Shown here piece after piece: positions 25,712-37,335 of a stretch of DNA of 64,000 bases. Below the pieces are notes generated by a model that made no database searches, was not told the origin of the DNA, and worked only from the letters and a program-made list of their open reading frames with translations. The stretch spans positions 13,744,387 through 13,808,386 of the forward strand of contig CP154954.1 in the NCBI GenBank assembly GCA_039621445.1, in the 5' to 3' direction. Source of the stretch: Euglena gracilis. Lineage: Eukaryota. The position numbers and the translations under genes were made by a program. The stretch's first letter is position 1. Each line of letters opens with the position of its first letter.

Positions 25712-26067
25712 TGTGACGCTTTTCACTGAACACTGGGGTTTGAGCGGGTGTTCGATGCCCCAGGGCGGGCCGGTGCCTTTCACCGTCCCGAGCCGGACGC
25801 CAATTTTCGACCCGGGAATCGAACCCACGACCTCCCGGTTCCTCGGCTGTCGTCATGCCTCCAGACTACCGGTGGGGACAAAAAAGGTCCTCGCCTGGCG
25901 GTTCACCGGTCTCCCGCCACGCAGCCTCCTGAGTCCCCAGTGCTGCTCTGGGGTATTCCTTAGTGGTGGACCAACCCAGAGCGATCCCCACACTCCCCTT
26001 CCTAAGGAGCGACGGGAGTTCGCTCTTCACGACTCCTTTTTGATCGCCATGAGACCCTTTGCTACCA
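25712..26067 (-). mobile_element. TRIM-like relic: one 281-bp TG...CA LTR with a tRNA-derived core, plus PPT and PBS within a ~75-bp internal region
   Basis: Candidate LTR 25712-25992; PPT reverse complement CTCCCCTTCCT at 25993-26003; PBS TGGTAGCAAAGG at 26056-26067 (-). Second LTR absent. Confidence 0.5.
25808..25878 (-). ncRNA. tRNA-derived sequence with Pol III A- and B-box (not a functional tRNA)
   Basis: TAGTCTGGAGG (A-box-like) and GGTTCGATTCC (perfect B-box) at tRNA spacing; acceptor and anticodon stems do not pair. Confidence 0.65.
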
Positions 26068-26516
26068 TCTTGGTAGATTTTGTCCCGCAAGACCAGTCCT
26101 TCATAGTCCTGTTCATACACCAGTTCAGCCACCTTTTCGCCTTGTGTTTCCTGTCCTTCTGGCACCACCACAACACCGTGAACCCTGTAAGATTTTGTTT
26201 GCCGATTTCCGAAATTTTTTTTCCAGTGTTTCCAGTGTTGTTTCGTCTTCGAACAGTTTTTCCTCGTCCTGGCCCGCTTCAGCAGGAATCTGCAAATTCA
26301 TTGCCCGCACTGCCGAAATGTTTTTCTGAAGTTGGTGTATTTTCCGTTCCCTGTGTTTTTGTTCCTTCAGCTGGTGCCAACTGGACAGCAGCCGCAGTGG
26401 TTCACCTATGAGGATTGTAGGTTTGGGAAAACCCCCAGTTGGTGTTGTTCCATCCACGGATACCCGAGGATGTCATCCACTTGGATGTCGGCGTCATGGA
26501 ATGTTCGAGTGGTGGA

Positions 26517-26849
26517 TCATTCCCTTGATCTGTCCGTTCGAATGGTGGACCATTCCCTTGCTCTGTCCGTTTTGTGCACCCGTGATGAAAACAGCAGTTC
26601 CAGTGTGACTTCGTGTAAACCTCCTTCCATCCTTGTTCCGTCCGCTGTGATCAGGGCCAGGGGTTTTTGTGAACGTCCGAAGTTTTGTTGGGGAATAAGG
26701 TTCTTTTTCACCAGGGTTGCCTGTGCTCCCGTGTCAATCGGGGCCGGTAGGAACATTTTTTTGCCGTCCGGCAACACAGCACGGACATCAACGAGGAGTT
26801 GTTTTGCTTTCTTTCTGCAGACGACCTGCCCCAGCAGGAGTTTGGACAC
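26517..26849 (-). pseudogene. Aspartic protease of element C
   Basis: IDTGAQATLV...LITADGTRMEGG. Confidence 0.85.
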
Positions 26850-27035
26850 CGGTTTACACAGTCGTTTTGAAAGCCGAATGTTTTGGTCAGGTTCCGTTTT
26901 GTCAGTTGAATCTGGGTTTGGCTTTTGACATGTCAGTTCTGGGCTGGGCCGTGAGAGCGTATTTTGTCGTGCAGTCTGGGCAGGGCTGGGATTCTGCAGC
27001 GGTTGTTGCTGCGCGGCCTGGGCTTGGCTGGTCTG

Positions 27036-27639
27036 CTATAGCCGTTCGTGGAACCCCGCCAGGTCCTGAATCAGTTGTTCTGGGATCCTGAATTTTTTGA
27101 AGGCTGGAATGTTTTGTTCGTTGCTGAGTTTCACCGGGTGACCTCTACTGTTCGGGTCCAGGTTTTTGCAGCTTTTTCCGTCACACCGTTTTGCTGGTAC
27201 CTGCAGGATTTCAGGGCTGCCCCAGATTAGTGTTGGTTTTTTGTAACCACAGTCTGTGTATTGACAGTAATCCACGTCAATGTACGGCTACGGTTTCATG
27301 TAATCTCGTTTTGCCAGGTATCGGTACCTTGGGTTTTCCAGACCACAATTTCTGCGGCTGCAGAAATTCCACAATTTACAGGGCTTTCTTTGCAAGGCTG
27401 TCTCCCTTTTCCAGGTTTCTGGGTCTTGTCGTCAGTGCAATGCTTAATTCTGTGCATGGAACTCCACAAACCACCGAGTGGAATTCGCCAGGTTTGAAAT
27501 GCTTTCTGACGTCCCAGTCCAGTACGTCCAACTGGTAATCCGCTTTCCACCTGTGGTCTGAATCCACCGTCACCACCTCGAAACCCATTCTTTCATACAC
27601 CTTGCTGACCGATTTTGTTCCACAGAACAGGTCCAGCAT
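27036..27639 (-). pseudogene. C5-cytosine DNA methyltransferase of element C (frameshifted)
   Basis: MLDLFCGTKS, GVPCTELS, LENPRY (shifted frame), DYCQY..GYKKPT.IW, FRIPEQLI. Confidence 0.9.
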
Positions 27640-27893
27640 TTTGGTTTTCGATTTTACGCTGTGGCCCGTTCTGGTGTCGCTGTGGCCGCCTCCTGCAGTT
27701 TTCTGATGTGTTTCTGTGTTTTTTCTGTCCCAAGACCAGCTTTTTGTTCACCACCCTCCACCTCGTCCTCCACCGGCGGGTACTGGTGGGCTGTGCCAAA
27801 CCTCACCTTGGATGTCGGGTGTCGGGGAGTGAAAAGTTTGTGGAAATCAGGTAGGTACTTGCACCGTGTTCTGTGTCCGCATACCAAAAACAC

Positions 27894-28290
27894 TTACACA
27901 GGCCACGGTGTATTCGTGCAGTTCTTGTCACCGTGTCCGAACAGTTTTTTTCCCGCTGGGACGAACATTGACGTCACTGCCATTTTTTTAATTTCCCTGT
28001 ACCATCGTCTGTGGACCAATCTCGGTACCATGAGGAGTGCATGTGCCTCGTCCGTTTGAATTTTTTTCACCACCTGTGAAATTTTGCTGAATGGGGGGTT
28101 CATCCACAGTAGTTTTCCGTACCATTTTTTTTTCAAAGGCGTCAGTTCCATCCGGGCTGCCTGATCCACACCATCGCGGGAATCTTTTGTTTTTTTTTCT
28201 GTTGCAAAAGGCATCCAGCTGGGGCTGGACCCCGAAGTGTGAGAGAATTTCTGTCATTTTTTCTTCCTTCATGTGGTAGTTTTCAGACAC
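27894..28290 (-). pseudogene. N6-adenine (Dam/DIRS-MT-like) methyltransferase of element C (frameshifted)
   Basis: LDAF...NKRFPRW...DAF...LWMNPPFSKI..VVKKI..DEAHALLMVP. Confidence 0.85.
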
Positions 28291-28526
28291 CCACCGTGAA
28301 GTTGCTCTGCCGAACTTGCAGCTGACCTGTTCCCTTTTCGGTTCTGGGCTGTGGAGTCGTTTTTTTTTGTCAGGATATGTTTCTTGTGAGGTTTTTTCTT
28401 ACCTCCCATACCCAGTGTGTATGACTGCTGCGGCTCTGGACCTGGGTCCCTTGTTGTTTTCTGTTGTTTCGGTTGTGTCTGCAGAGAGTTGCCCCTCTGG
28501 TCCCATACCCTGAGGCCGCAGCCCCT

Positions 28527-30300
28527 TCACTTCCGTTCTGCGTTTTGAACTGGCTGCCAGCGATTGCTGGAAGATGCTTCTGCCTTTGGCTGTCCCTGTG
28601 GCTGGTTAGCTGGCTCCTGTGAACTGGTTTGCTGTGGCTGTGGTTCAGTTTTTGTTGCTGCTGGCTGTCGCTGTGGCTGCCCTTTGCCATATCCTTTCCC
28701 GCTCCCCTTCCCAGAATCGTATCCTTTCCCAGAGTTGTATCCCTTTCCTGACTCGTAGCCTTTGCCGTAATTCTGATTCCAGTTCTGGTTCTGGTTCCAG
28801 TTTTGGGTTGAACCCCAGTTTTGACGTTTCCTCTTTCCTTTGCCTTTGCCCCAGTCGTTTTGTCTCCAGTCTGACCAGTTGGTGTACCGTCCCTGGCCAG
28901 GCTGTTCTGAAACTGCCATGGGCACCTGCTGCCGTGGAGAAGGGGGTCTGGGTTTTTCATGTGTTGGGGTTCGAGGTCCAGGGGAGTTGGGTCGTGATCT
29001 GTAAGGTGGTGTCCGCCTTCTAGATTTTGTTTACTCCTCCTCCTTGACTTCCCTGACGTAACCCCTGCGGTCCATCGACCGTGACCTGTTTTCGCGAGGT
29101 TGGTTCTGCCAGCCGTTGTACCCCCTACTCAGGGAGTCTGAATGTTGTTGGAACCTGAGTTCGGTTTCCACCCGTTGGAACAGTTCGTCCAGAGTCAGTC
29201 TTGCTTGCACTTGTGTGAAGTGTGGTTTATGTCCAGTCAGCAACGTTGAACCGTTTTTCATCAGGAGCAGTTCAGCAGCTCTGCAGCTATGCAGTTGGAT
29301 CCTGAAGATTTGTCCGTCTCGTGCTACCTGAAACTTCTCACCTGTACCCACAGTTGCTGCCACCAGGTCACGAACGTCTTGCGTTGTTGCATCGGGTACG
29401 TTTGCAATGTTCGTGACCCCTTTCAGTTTCAGTGTTGGTCTGTCCTTTATTTCTGCGGTCCTGTTCCCTGATGCAGCTTCTGCGTTGCGTTCCAGGCATT
29501 TTTTCAGCCACCAGGTTGTACACGTCTTCCTCTGATGGATTTTCCAGCCTGCTGTAGGGTAGTTTGAAATGGGCTTCAAACGACCTCCACGCCTCCAGTG
29601 TCAGTTTTCCTTCCGTTTTTGGTGTTAGGTTTTTCAGTTCGTCTTTGATGGCTGATTGTGTGTCTCCACCGTATTTTTGGCACATCCAGTTCCAAAATTC
29701 CTGGTATTTTATTTTCTCACCGCCTTCCTGTCTGCGTTGTAGTTCCAGTTTGCTGGCACTGTCCAGGCTGCCCTCCAGCTGTGACAATTTCAGGTCATCG
29801 GTCAGGGACCCCTGACCGGCTGACACACGTTGCAGGTACATTGGAAATTTTATGGCAAAATATGCGAAATTCCCCTGCAGTGTTGGTCTTAACAGGTCTT
29901 TTGTCCTTGCCGCGCCCACTGGACCCAGCAGCAGCCCGAAAGATGCAGCCGGGGCCGTTGCCACGGGTGCCACCACTGTTTCCTCTCCTATGTGGTGGAT
30001 GGCAGTTTGGGTAGACCCCATCTGGGGTCCCACCCAGGTTGTTGTGGCTGTGTTTTGGGTTTCTGTTTCGTCTGCCCACATGAGCAAGCCCCGTGTCCGG
30101 GACTGTGGGTTTTGTTTTGCTGTCACTGGCTGTGAAGTCTGTTGAGTCGGCTGGTTTGGATGTGGTGCTGGGCTTGTCGGGTTTGTCGTAAGTGCTCGGC
30201 TGGTCGGCACTGCAGTCGGTCGTTGTTCTGTCTGTCGAGTCAGCTGGGCGATTAACGGTGTCAAGGCAGTTTTCAGTTCCTGTTGGATGAGCTGCCCCAC
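28527..30300 (-). pseudogene. gag-like region of element C
   Basis: ORFs 29368-30300, 29031-29579 and 28527-28925 align by eye with A gag. Confidence 0.8.
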
Positions 30301-30589
30301 CAGGGAAGCCGAGTTAACGGTCCCCAGTGCTGCAGCTCCTCCTTAAATTTTTGGGTGTGGTGTTTCGTTGCCCCAGTGCTGGCTGCTCTGGCTGAACATA
30401 CCTGTCAGTGGTTGTGGGGTCCCCGTCCCTGTTTGACAGGCCTGGGGTTCTGGGGTCCCTGTCCCTTGGTTTCCTGCGGGCTGGCCCCTCAGGGCTGGCC
30501 GTGGCTGGGCCAGGGGTTGTGGGGTCCCCGTCCCTTTTGGCCAGGCCTGGGGTTCTAGGGTCCCCGTCCCGTGTTGTCCTGTGGGATGG

Positions 30590-31016
30590 AATGTACGTCC
30601 AAAGCTTTCCCTTTTTCCCTTTTTGGGACTTCCTGAAAAAGCATTTGCTTTCGCCTTGGTGCGCAGCCTACTTATGGTAGGGAAAAATCTTTGGAGTAAC
30701 AAAAACTGGTTTTCCCTTTTTGTCCCCAATTCCCCAAGAGGCAAAGCACAAGACAAAGACTTCAGAAGTTTCCTCTGAAGTCAAGTTCAGTTTTTTCGAG
30801 GGTTTTCTCCTCGGACAAAAACAATGGTGCAACTTGTGAAGCTTGACAGTAAAGAATACCACCTGTGGGGGAAGGAGAGAAAAGTGCTGACGTGTCCAGG
30901 GGCAGATCCCAGAAGGGTCTGCCAAGATCTTACGAACTGTGGTTTCCACAGTGGTGCGATCGTCACAGAACCCACTCTGCAGATATCCTTCAGACCTGGG
31001 ACGTGCCTGGTACACA
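30590..31016 (-). repeat. 3' LTR of minus-strand element D, with PPT at 31017-31026 and a 3' UTR (to ~31605) homologous to 5703-6250
   Basis: TGTACGTCC...GCCTGGTACACA followed by TCCCCCTCCC; downstream ~580 bp parallels element E. Confidence 0.8.
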
Positions 31017-31891
31017 TCCCCCTCCCAAGGCTACGCCCGATTTCCTTCATGGACCAGGTATTCCCAGGTCCAGTCAGGATATCTGACGCTTCCCCGGTGG
31101 GGTTCACTACTACTCCATTTGGTGTCCTTTCTGCACAGTGGCATCCACCCAAAGCCCAAAAACGCGCAAAAGGTTAGCCACGTTTCGCGGTTACCTATTA
31201 GCCGTTTCGGCTTAGGTGGGGTGTGAAAAAGCCCTCTGTTGGAAACGGGGCTGGCAGGTTTCCTGTAAACGTATCCCATCCACCCACTTTGGGTGTGCCA
31301 AAGGCACAAGGGGTTGGTCAAGCGTATTCACCGAAAACCCGAGGGGAGAGGTGTGGAAGGGGGGGGCAGGCTCCTATCCTGGTAATACCCAGATAGGGCT
31401 CCTAGGCGGTCATATCCGCACTAGGAAACAAAAGCCTACTTACAGAACCGACTGCCGGCGACAGCTTTGCGGGGGTGGAGGGAAAGTAGGGAGGAGAGGG
31501 GGCGGGCTTAAAACAGAATTTTTGCTGTCTGGCAGCCTTAAGGGCCCTTAGGGCCGAAAAGTGACAAATTGGCCTATTATTACGGCGTGCGCGCTGTGTG
31601 CTGTGTGTCACTTAGCGGCTGGCCAGGTTACCCGGCTGCCAAAGTCTTCACAGCAGCAGATCCTTCACGACGTGATAAGAGGCGCTTAACTCCTGCAGAC
31701 GGTTTCCGTCCGCACAGCCAATGTTGTGGGGGGGGGGGGGCTCATGGATGCTTCCATCCAGAGCTCGTGACACACCTGGGTTCATCCCAAGGCTGCTTAG
31801 CGGTTTCCGCTATCAGTATATACTCCTCCAGGGGGTCCAGGCTCCATGAAGGCGATTACCTTACATGGGGTCTGGTAATGCCATTTCGGCA

Positions 31892-34800
31892 TTATTTCCT
31901 TTCCAACCGCCAAAAATCATAGCGGGAGTCGAGTTGATCTTCCACCAGGACCATCCGAAATTGCGGTGGTGGTGGCCTGTCTACGAGCCAGGTTTCTGGC
32001 GATTTGTAATCGAACTCGGGTGCCACCCAATCACGAACCCATCCGTCGGGGACTGTGTGCTTGGTTGCACTTGCACTTTCCGCGAGGAACCAGTGCAGCT
32101 TCTCCCAGAATTTCCTGGGCAGAGTGGCTGGCCAGATGAAGTAGTTCATCCGTGGGCGATTGGCTGACACCTGCGGGGCATTCCCCGGGTGGAAGTCAAT
32201 GGGCATGTGATGTGCACATTCCGCGCGGACTGTATGGGGTCGTAATACGGCCCCAAGCCAGTCTTTCCTGGTCAGCCCGTGGTTTTCGGGTGGCCATTGT
32301 GGCAGGTACCAGCGACCGTTTTGGTCCTGGGTTTTGAACAGACGGAAAGGTATCTTTTCCCTGTCCGCTGTCTCCCAGAGGTAAGGTAATCTTACCCATG
32401 CCTCCTCAGCAGCGAGGCGTATCGCCCCACTGTCGATCTGCCATCCACGGGCCATTCCCGTGTGGCGGTAGTTGTCAAGCTTGAGTTTGGAGTACTTGAA
32501 AAATTCCTTGTACTTTTTGTGCAAGGTGGAGTATTCCTCCAGTGGCTTCTGAGCGTTTGGCACGATTGTGCGAACTGCACCTTCCGCAGTTTGCCAGAAG
32601 GTACCTCGAAGGCAGTTGACGCAGAGCAGTGGTACATTCGTACCATCTCGCTCCGTGTAGTGAAAATTGTGCTTGTGGGTCCAACTGTCCACGCACTTGG
32701 CGCATACCAAGGCGGCACAGTTGGGGTCGTATACATCCTTGTGGAACGATTTCCGATCCACAGGATTGCACACACGGACGAGGGGTAATCCCAAGTCAGG
32801 TGCACTATTGTACGTCATGTGGCAGACAGTGCAAAGCCATACAAAACGGTTTTCCGTCGTTCTGTCGACGAAGAATTCCTCGCTGAAGTATTAGGCCAAA
32901 ACTTGTGGGGATCTGGAATTGTAATAATTCAATGTCACGTTCTGATCAAAGTACCATTTTCGGCCCTGACAGAACAGTGGCTCAATCCATCGATTGAGAC
33001 ATTGACTTGTCCTCATCTTGTGGTCGATCATCATGTACCTGTTTTTCAGGTCATGTGTCTCAGGATCATCCTGAGTGATCGCGTTCCAGTCGATGATAGT
33101 GTCTCAGCCGTGGAGGCGCGGGATTTTCCCTGCCCCTTTGACTGATGTTTCGGCTGTGAGGTTTTCCCATAGCCGTATGACGCGACGTGCGTGAATCCTT
33201 GTCCCGAGGTTGATCCCCGAGAAGAGGATGCAGCACCCTGGCTGCCAGCACCACCACCGCCTTTCGGTGGAGGCTGGTCACCAGATTTTGTGTGGGTTTG
33301 CAAGGTGTGGCGCCCGGCTTTGATTTGGCCGGGGCCTTCGGGCTTCCGGTTTCCAGAGTATCCGAGGGTCGCCGTTCGGCGTCGCACTCACTTGCCCAGG
33401 TGCGTGGTGACGCTTAGGACGGGGGTCTTTTCCCCGAAACCGAGAGTCGTTGACCTTCAGCAGGGGTTTCCCGAGCTGAGGGTCGCCCTACACGTTCCTT
33501 CGCAGCACCCGTGGGTTTCCCAGCGGTAGCCGTGGGGGACGGTGTGGGTGCAGGCGTGGCCGGCGCACTTCGCTCTGGTTGAGCCTGTGGTGGAGGCATG
33601 GACGTCCGCTCGGCCTGTTTTTCAGGCGCCGGTGTCCGTGTGCCTTGACGCTTCTGTGCAGTGATTGTGTCTGTGCCCTGAGGTGCGGGTTCATCCCGTG
33701 CCTCTGGTGGCACTGCCGGTGCTGGTACAGGTTCATCCTGTACTGGCACAGTGGGTGTCGTCTCCACTGCCATTGCTGTCCTTTCGTCTTCCGTCCGTGT
33801 CGCTTCCGACTGGCGGTGGCGCCGCCGCTGGGGGAGGTTCATCCTCCACCATGGCTGCAGTGTCAGGTGTTTCTTCCGCCGGCTGGGCAGTTTCCGCCGC
33901 AGCTGTGGAAGAACTGGCCGCCGTGCCACGTGGAGTGACAACTGCGATCAGTGACCGCGAACTACCAAGTACACGTCCGCCGAGCGAGGTGCGCCGCTCA
34001 GGTCCTTCACCTGAAGTGGGCTCCTCCGCTGGCTCCTCTTTCGACGGGGATTCCCCGGAAACAGGGAGCTTGAGGCGTAATACCTCAGGCGTGTGGGGTA
34101 CTGTCTTCGGCGGGTTTTCCTGTGGAGGAGTTGCTACACCTGTCGTACTCAGTGACGTGGGTGACAGTGGGACAGGTGTTATTGGCCCTGAGCAGTTTCC
34201 GCCACAGTGTCCAGCATCACGACAGATGGGCTACGGGTTTCCCGTGCCGGAGGTTCTGCTGGCTGAGGTTCATCCTCGGCCATGGGGACCGCTTCCTCCT
34301 CCTCCTCCGCTTCCGGAGGGGATTCGGTTGTCTGTAGCTGAGCTGCAGAACGCGGATCTTTTCCGCTCCTGTAGCACCCTTGTGCTTCTGCCAGGCGGTA
34401 AAAGCTTATACTTTCACTCCTGTCAGAGTTGGGGTATGGGGGTGGCCATGACGCTCTTACCCAGCTTCCGGGTAGAGGTTCTGGCTCGTCCTCAATGATC
34501 AAGCAGAGGTCTTCCCACTGCGACCGACGGTTCCAGCCCATGCCATATTCTCCTGTGTCTTCCAGGAAAGCAGGTAACGGCAGGGCATGGCGAGGCTGAC
34601 TTACCGCACGTGCCGCGAAAAAGGCCTCGAAGTCCTCCCAGATCAGGATATTCCCGAACTGGGTGTCGAGGTGCTCCCGGAGACCGATTTCGGCTTCCTG
34701 CCAGTCCGGACGCAGGTTCATCCTGCGTCGGTCTGGGTCATTCGTCCTGGCGTCCACCTCGATGTATCCCCGAGGTAGCCACTTCCTGTGGATATCCACA

Positions 34801-36631
34801 TCAGTGGTCATATATTCCAGGAAATAGATATAAACCTCCAGGACGTAGGTAATCCACGCCCTGTGCCAGTATTGTGGCAGCAGAAATATTTTCTGCCGGT
34901 GCTGTTTCAACACCTTTCGGTCCTGCGTTCCGATCTGGGGATTCCGGCACTGACACAGGAGAAATCTCCTGGTCGGCTGGCTGCGGGCATCCTCGGCAGT
35001 CGGAGGCGGTTTTCCGCGCTCTCCGAATCCCCAGAAGTCAACAATGTGTACTTCTTTGCAATACTGGCATTCCAGTTTGTACCGTTGGGGGTACGCGAGG
35101 TCGACGTCCAGGACCTTGAACAGCGTGCCATACATGCTGTCCAAGTAGATTTGGAGATTGCATGTGAACATTACCGCGGCCTGCGCCTGGAGTTTCTCCG
35201 GCAGGCGGTAATACTTCCACTGGATTCCCAGTGCTCCGACGGAATACATGTGCGTGAAGATTTCCTTCAGCTGTGCTACGAACGTTTCGTCGTCGGCACA
35301 TGTATTCATACAGTCGGTGTACGTCAGACTGTTTCGGTCGGTAAAAATGCCAAAGTTCTGGCAGGGGTATTCCAACCAGAACCACAGCTCCCAGAAACCG
35401 GACGTACGATCCAGGACGACTTCATCCGAATGAGGGTATCCCTCAAATGCATGAAGTTCGGCACTGTAGAAAGATCTTTTGCAGTGATCGTACACACGAT
35501 TCTGCACCACTTCGAGCACCGCTTCCGGTGGGCGGTGGATCACGTTGCCTGCACGTGTGTACATCTGGAGATCCCCGTCGATTTTCGACCAGATCTCCTC
35601 AAGGTAATCGAAGACGACGGCAACGTCATAATCCTTCGTTTTCGAAGGTTCGGCCTTTTCCTGCTGGGGGGCCGGCAGATTTCCCGCCTTTGCCTGGAGC
35701 TGGCCATGCGGCTTTTCTGCCTTTGCCAGGTGGGGCTTTCCCACCTTTCTCCTGGCCTTTTCCTTTCCCCTTACCCTTGCCTTTCCCTTTTCTCTTACCC
35801 TTCGAGTTAGACAGCCATTCGAATGTCGCCCAGAAATCCCAGTATTCTGCATCTTCCGCAGTGTATACCGGGTAAGTCACGTATTCCGTGCTGGGCGTCC
35901 GAGCAAATTCCTGCTCAGCGTCACCACGATTCGAGTAAACCGGCGCGACCGGGGGTGGTCGGGTTTCCCGACGTGTCCGTTCTGCCGTCACTTCTGGCGC
36001 TGGCGAAGCTTCCTCATCAGCGTCGACGTGCATCGCCGCGGGCGGATTTTCCGACCTCGGCGAGCGGCGCTGTGGCTGCGGCGTCAGATTTTCCGGGCCG
36101 TGGTCACGCTTGCCGGCGGCAGAGCTTGTGGGTCGTGCCGATGGCGCTTCCGCCACAGCAACACCCCGCTGTCGCGCTGGTTGACTGGATCGTGATGAAG
36201 CTGGGACTCCGGTGAGAGACGTCACAGCAGCGTCATACTGCTGGCGCTCTTCGATCGTCATTTCCGGCCGGGCAGGGTATCCCTGTCCGCCGGAAACAGG
36301 GGGTTGACGTGCGATTTGTCTCTGGATCGTCACAGCATATTCATGCTGTTGACGTTCCTCCTCGGTATCGAACGGCCGGCCAGTCCACGGGTTGACGGGT
36401 TCATCCCGCACCTGGTGGACCGGCGCCGCACGAGGCGCTGCCGCGGCTTCCCGCGGGCGACCGCTCCGGGCACTGTCAGACGTCGCGGGAGGGTTTCCCT
36501 CCGCGTGGCGTCTTGGCATAGGCTCAGGTATGGTAGGGTGGGGTTGAGGTGGATACATGTACTGATTTCGTGGCACCGGTGCGTCCTGGGGATAATCCTC
36601 AGAGACGGTGTACTGAGACACATGCTCTTGC
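31892..36631 (-). pseudogene. Large extra 3' ORF of element D, unknown function (distal part; proximal part at 50499-51143)
   Basis: Chain of overlapping minus-strand ORFs (418, 557, 175, 113, 308 aa) with Pro/Ala-rich linkers and two globular Cys-rich regions. Confidence 0.65.
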
Positions 36632-36635
36632 GCGG

Positions 36636-37316
36636 TGTGCGCGGTCCGAGGGTGCCCGCCCCAAGGAGGGGTCCCAAGGGGGCCCAAAGGGGCCACGAAG
36701 GCCCGCGAGGGGGCTCCAAGGCCCCCAAGGGCCTTTTGAGGCCCCACTGGCCCCCAAGGGGGCCCCACAGCCCATTTTGACCAAGCCAAGGGAAGGTAAA
36801 GGAGGGGGCAGGTTGAGGGGGCCAACAGGCAACCCCCAAGGGGATGCGCAAGCCCTGCTGGGCTTTGCGCAAGCATGCGCACCCCCTTGGTGGGCGCTCA
36901 GATGGCGCAATTCATTAAGAATTGCGCAAAGTATACCAAGTAGCCCCCCCAGCTGTAGCCCCCTCCAATTGTACATTTTCTGTTCACAGGGCTCTGTTCA
37001 CACTCTGTTCACATCATTTGTGTCACCAATTGTTTGCTTGCAAGCCAATTCAAGGAAATCAAGGAAATACAAATTACAAATTTCAAGTTCAAGTCTCATT
37101 GATTATTCAAGTATTCAAATTCATTTGTTGAAGCAAAAGTATGTCTTTTCCCAATCCTACAGCTTCACCTACACCAACACCAACCCCTACCCCTCTGTTT
37201 CACCAAGGGGAAAACCCCCACCAGGTGGGCCCGACGGGCTCAAATTTAAACGATCCTACGCGGGTTGTGCCGCCAGGGGTCCCTTCACAGGGACCTCAGG
37301 AGGGGCAACCCCTACA
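36636..37316 (+). repeat. 5' LTR of element A (681 bp)
   Basis: Differs from 49813-50494 by about five substitutions and one indel by eye. Confidence 0.95.
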
Positions 37317-37335
37317 TGGTCGCAGAGGAGGGTTT
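37317..37335 (+). promoter_or_regulatory. PBS of element A (tRNAi-Met-like)
   Basis: TGGTCGCAGAGGAGGGTTT immediately after LTR CA; two differences from the canonical TGGTAGCAGAGGATGGTTT. Confidence 0.85.

Larger units (their letters stand above)
26068..30589 (-). mobile_element. Ty3/Gypsy element C, internal fragment (gag - N6-MTase - C5-MTase - protease - RT start); divergent relative of A
   Basis: Colinear protein similarity to A, e.g. LELQRRQE.GE.I..Q.FWNW..QKYGGD and VLRDKI; many frameshifts; no own LTRs visible. Confidence 0.9.

Noticed and set aside
25808-25878. Functional tRNA gene
   Set aside because: Only the D- and T-arm/box motifs remain; acceptor and anticodon stems do not pair.
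33961-33980. PBS/LTR-junction-like ACTACCAAGTACACGTCC
   Set aside because: Short, mismatched, lies inside a coding stretch and is not followed by LTR sequence.
34788-35810. 340-aa plus-strand ORF
   Set aside because: Antisense shadow of the more protein-like minus-strand 557-aa ORF.
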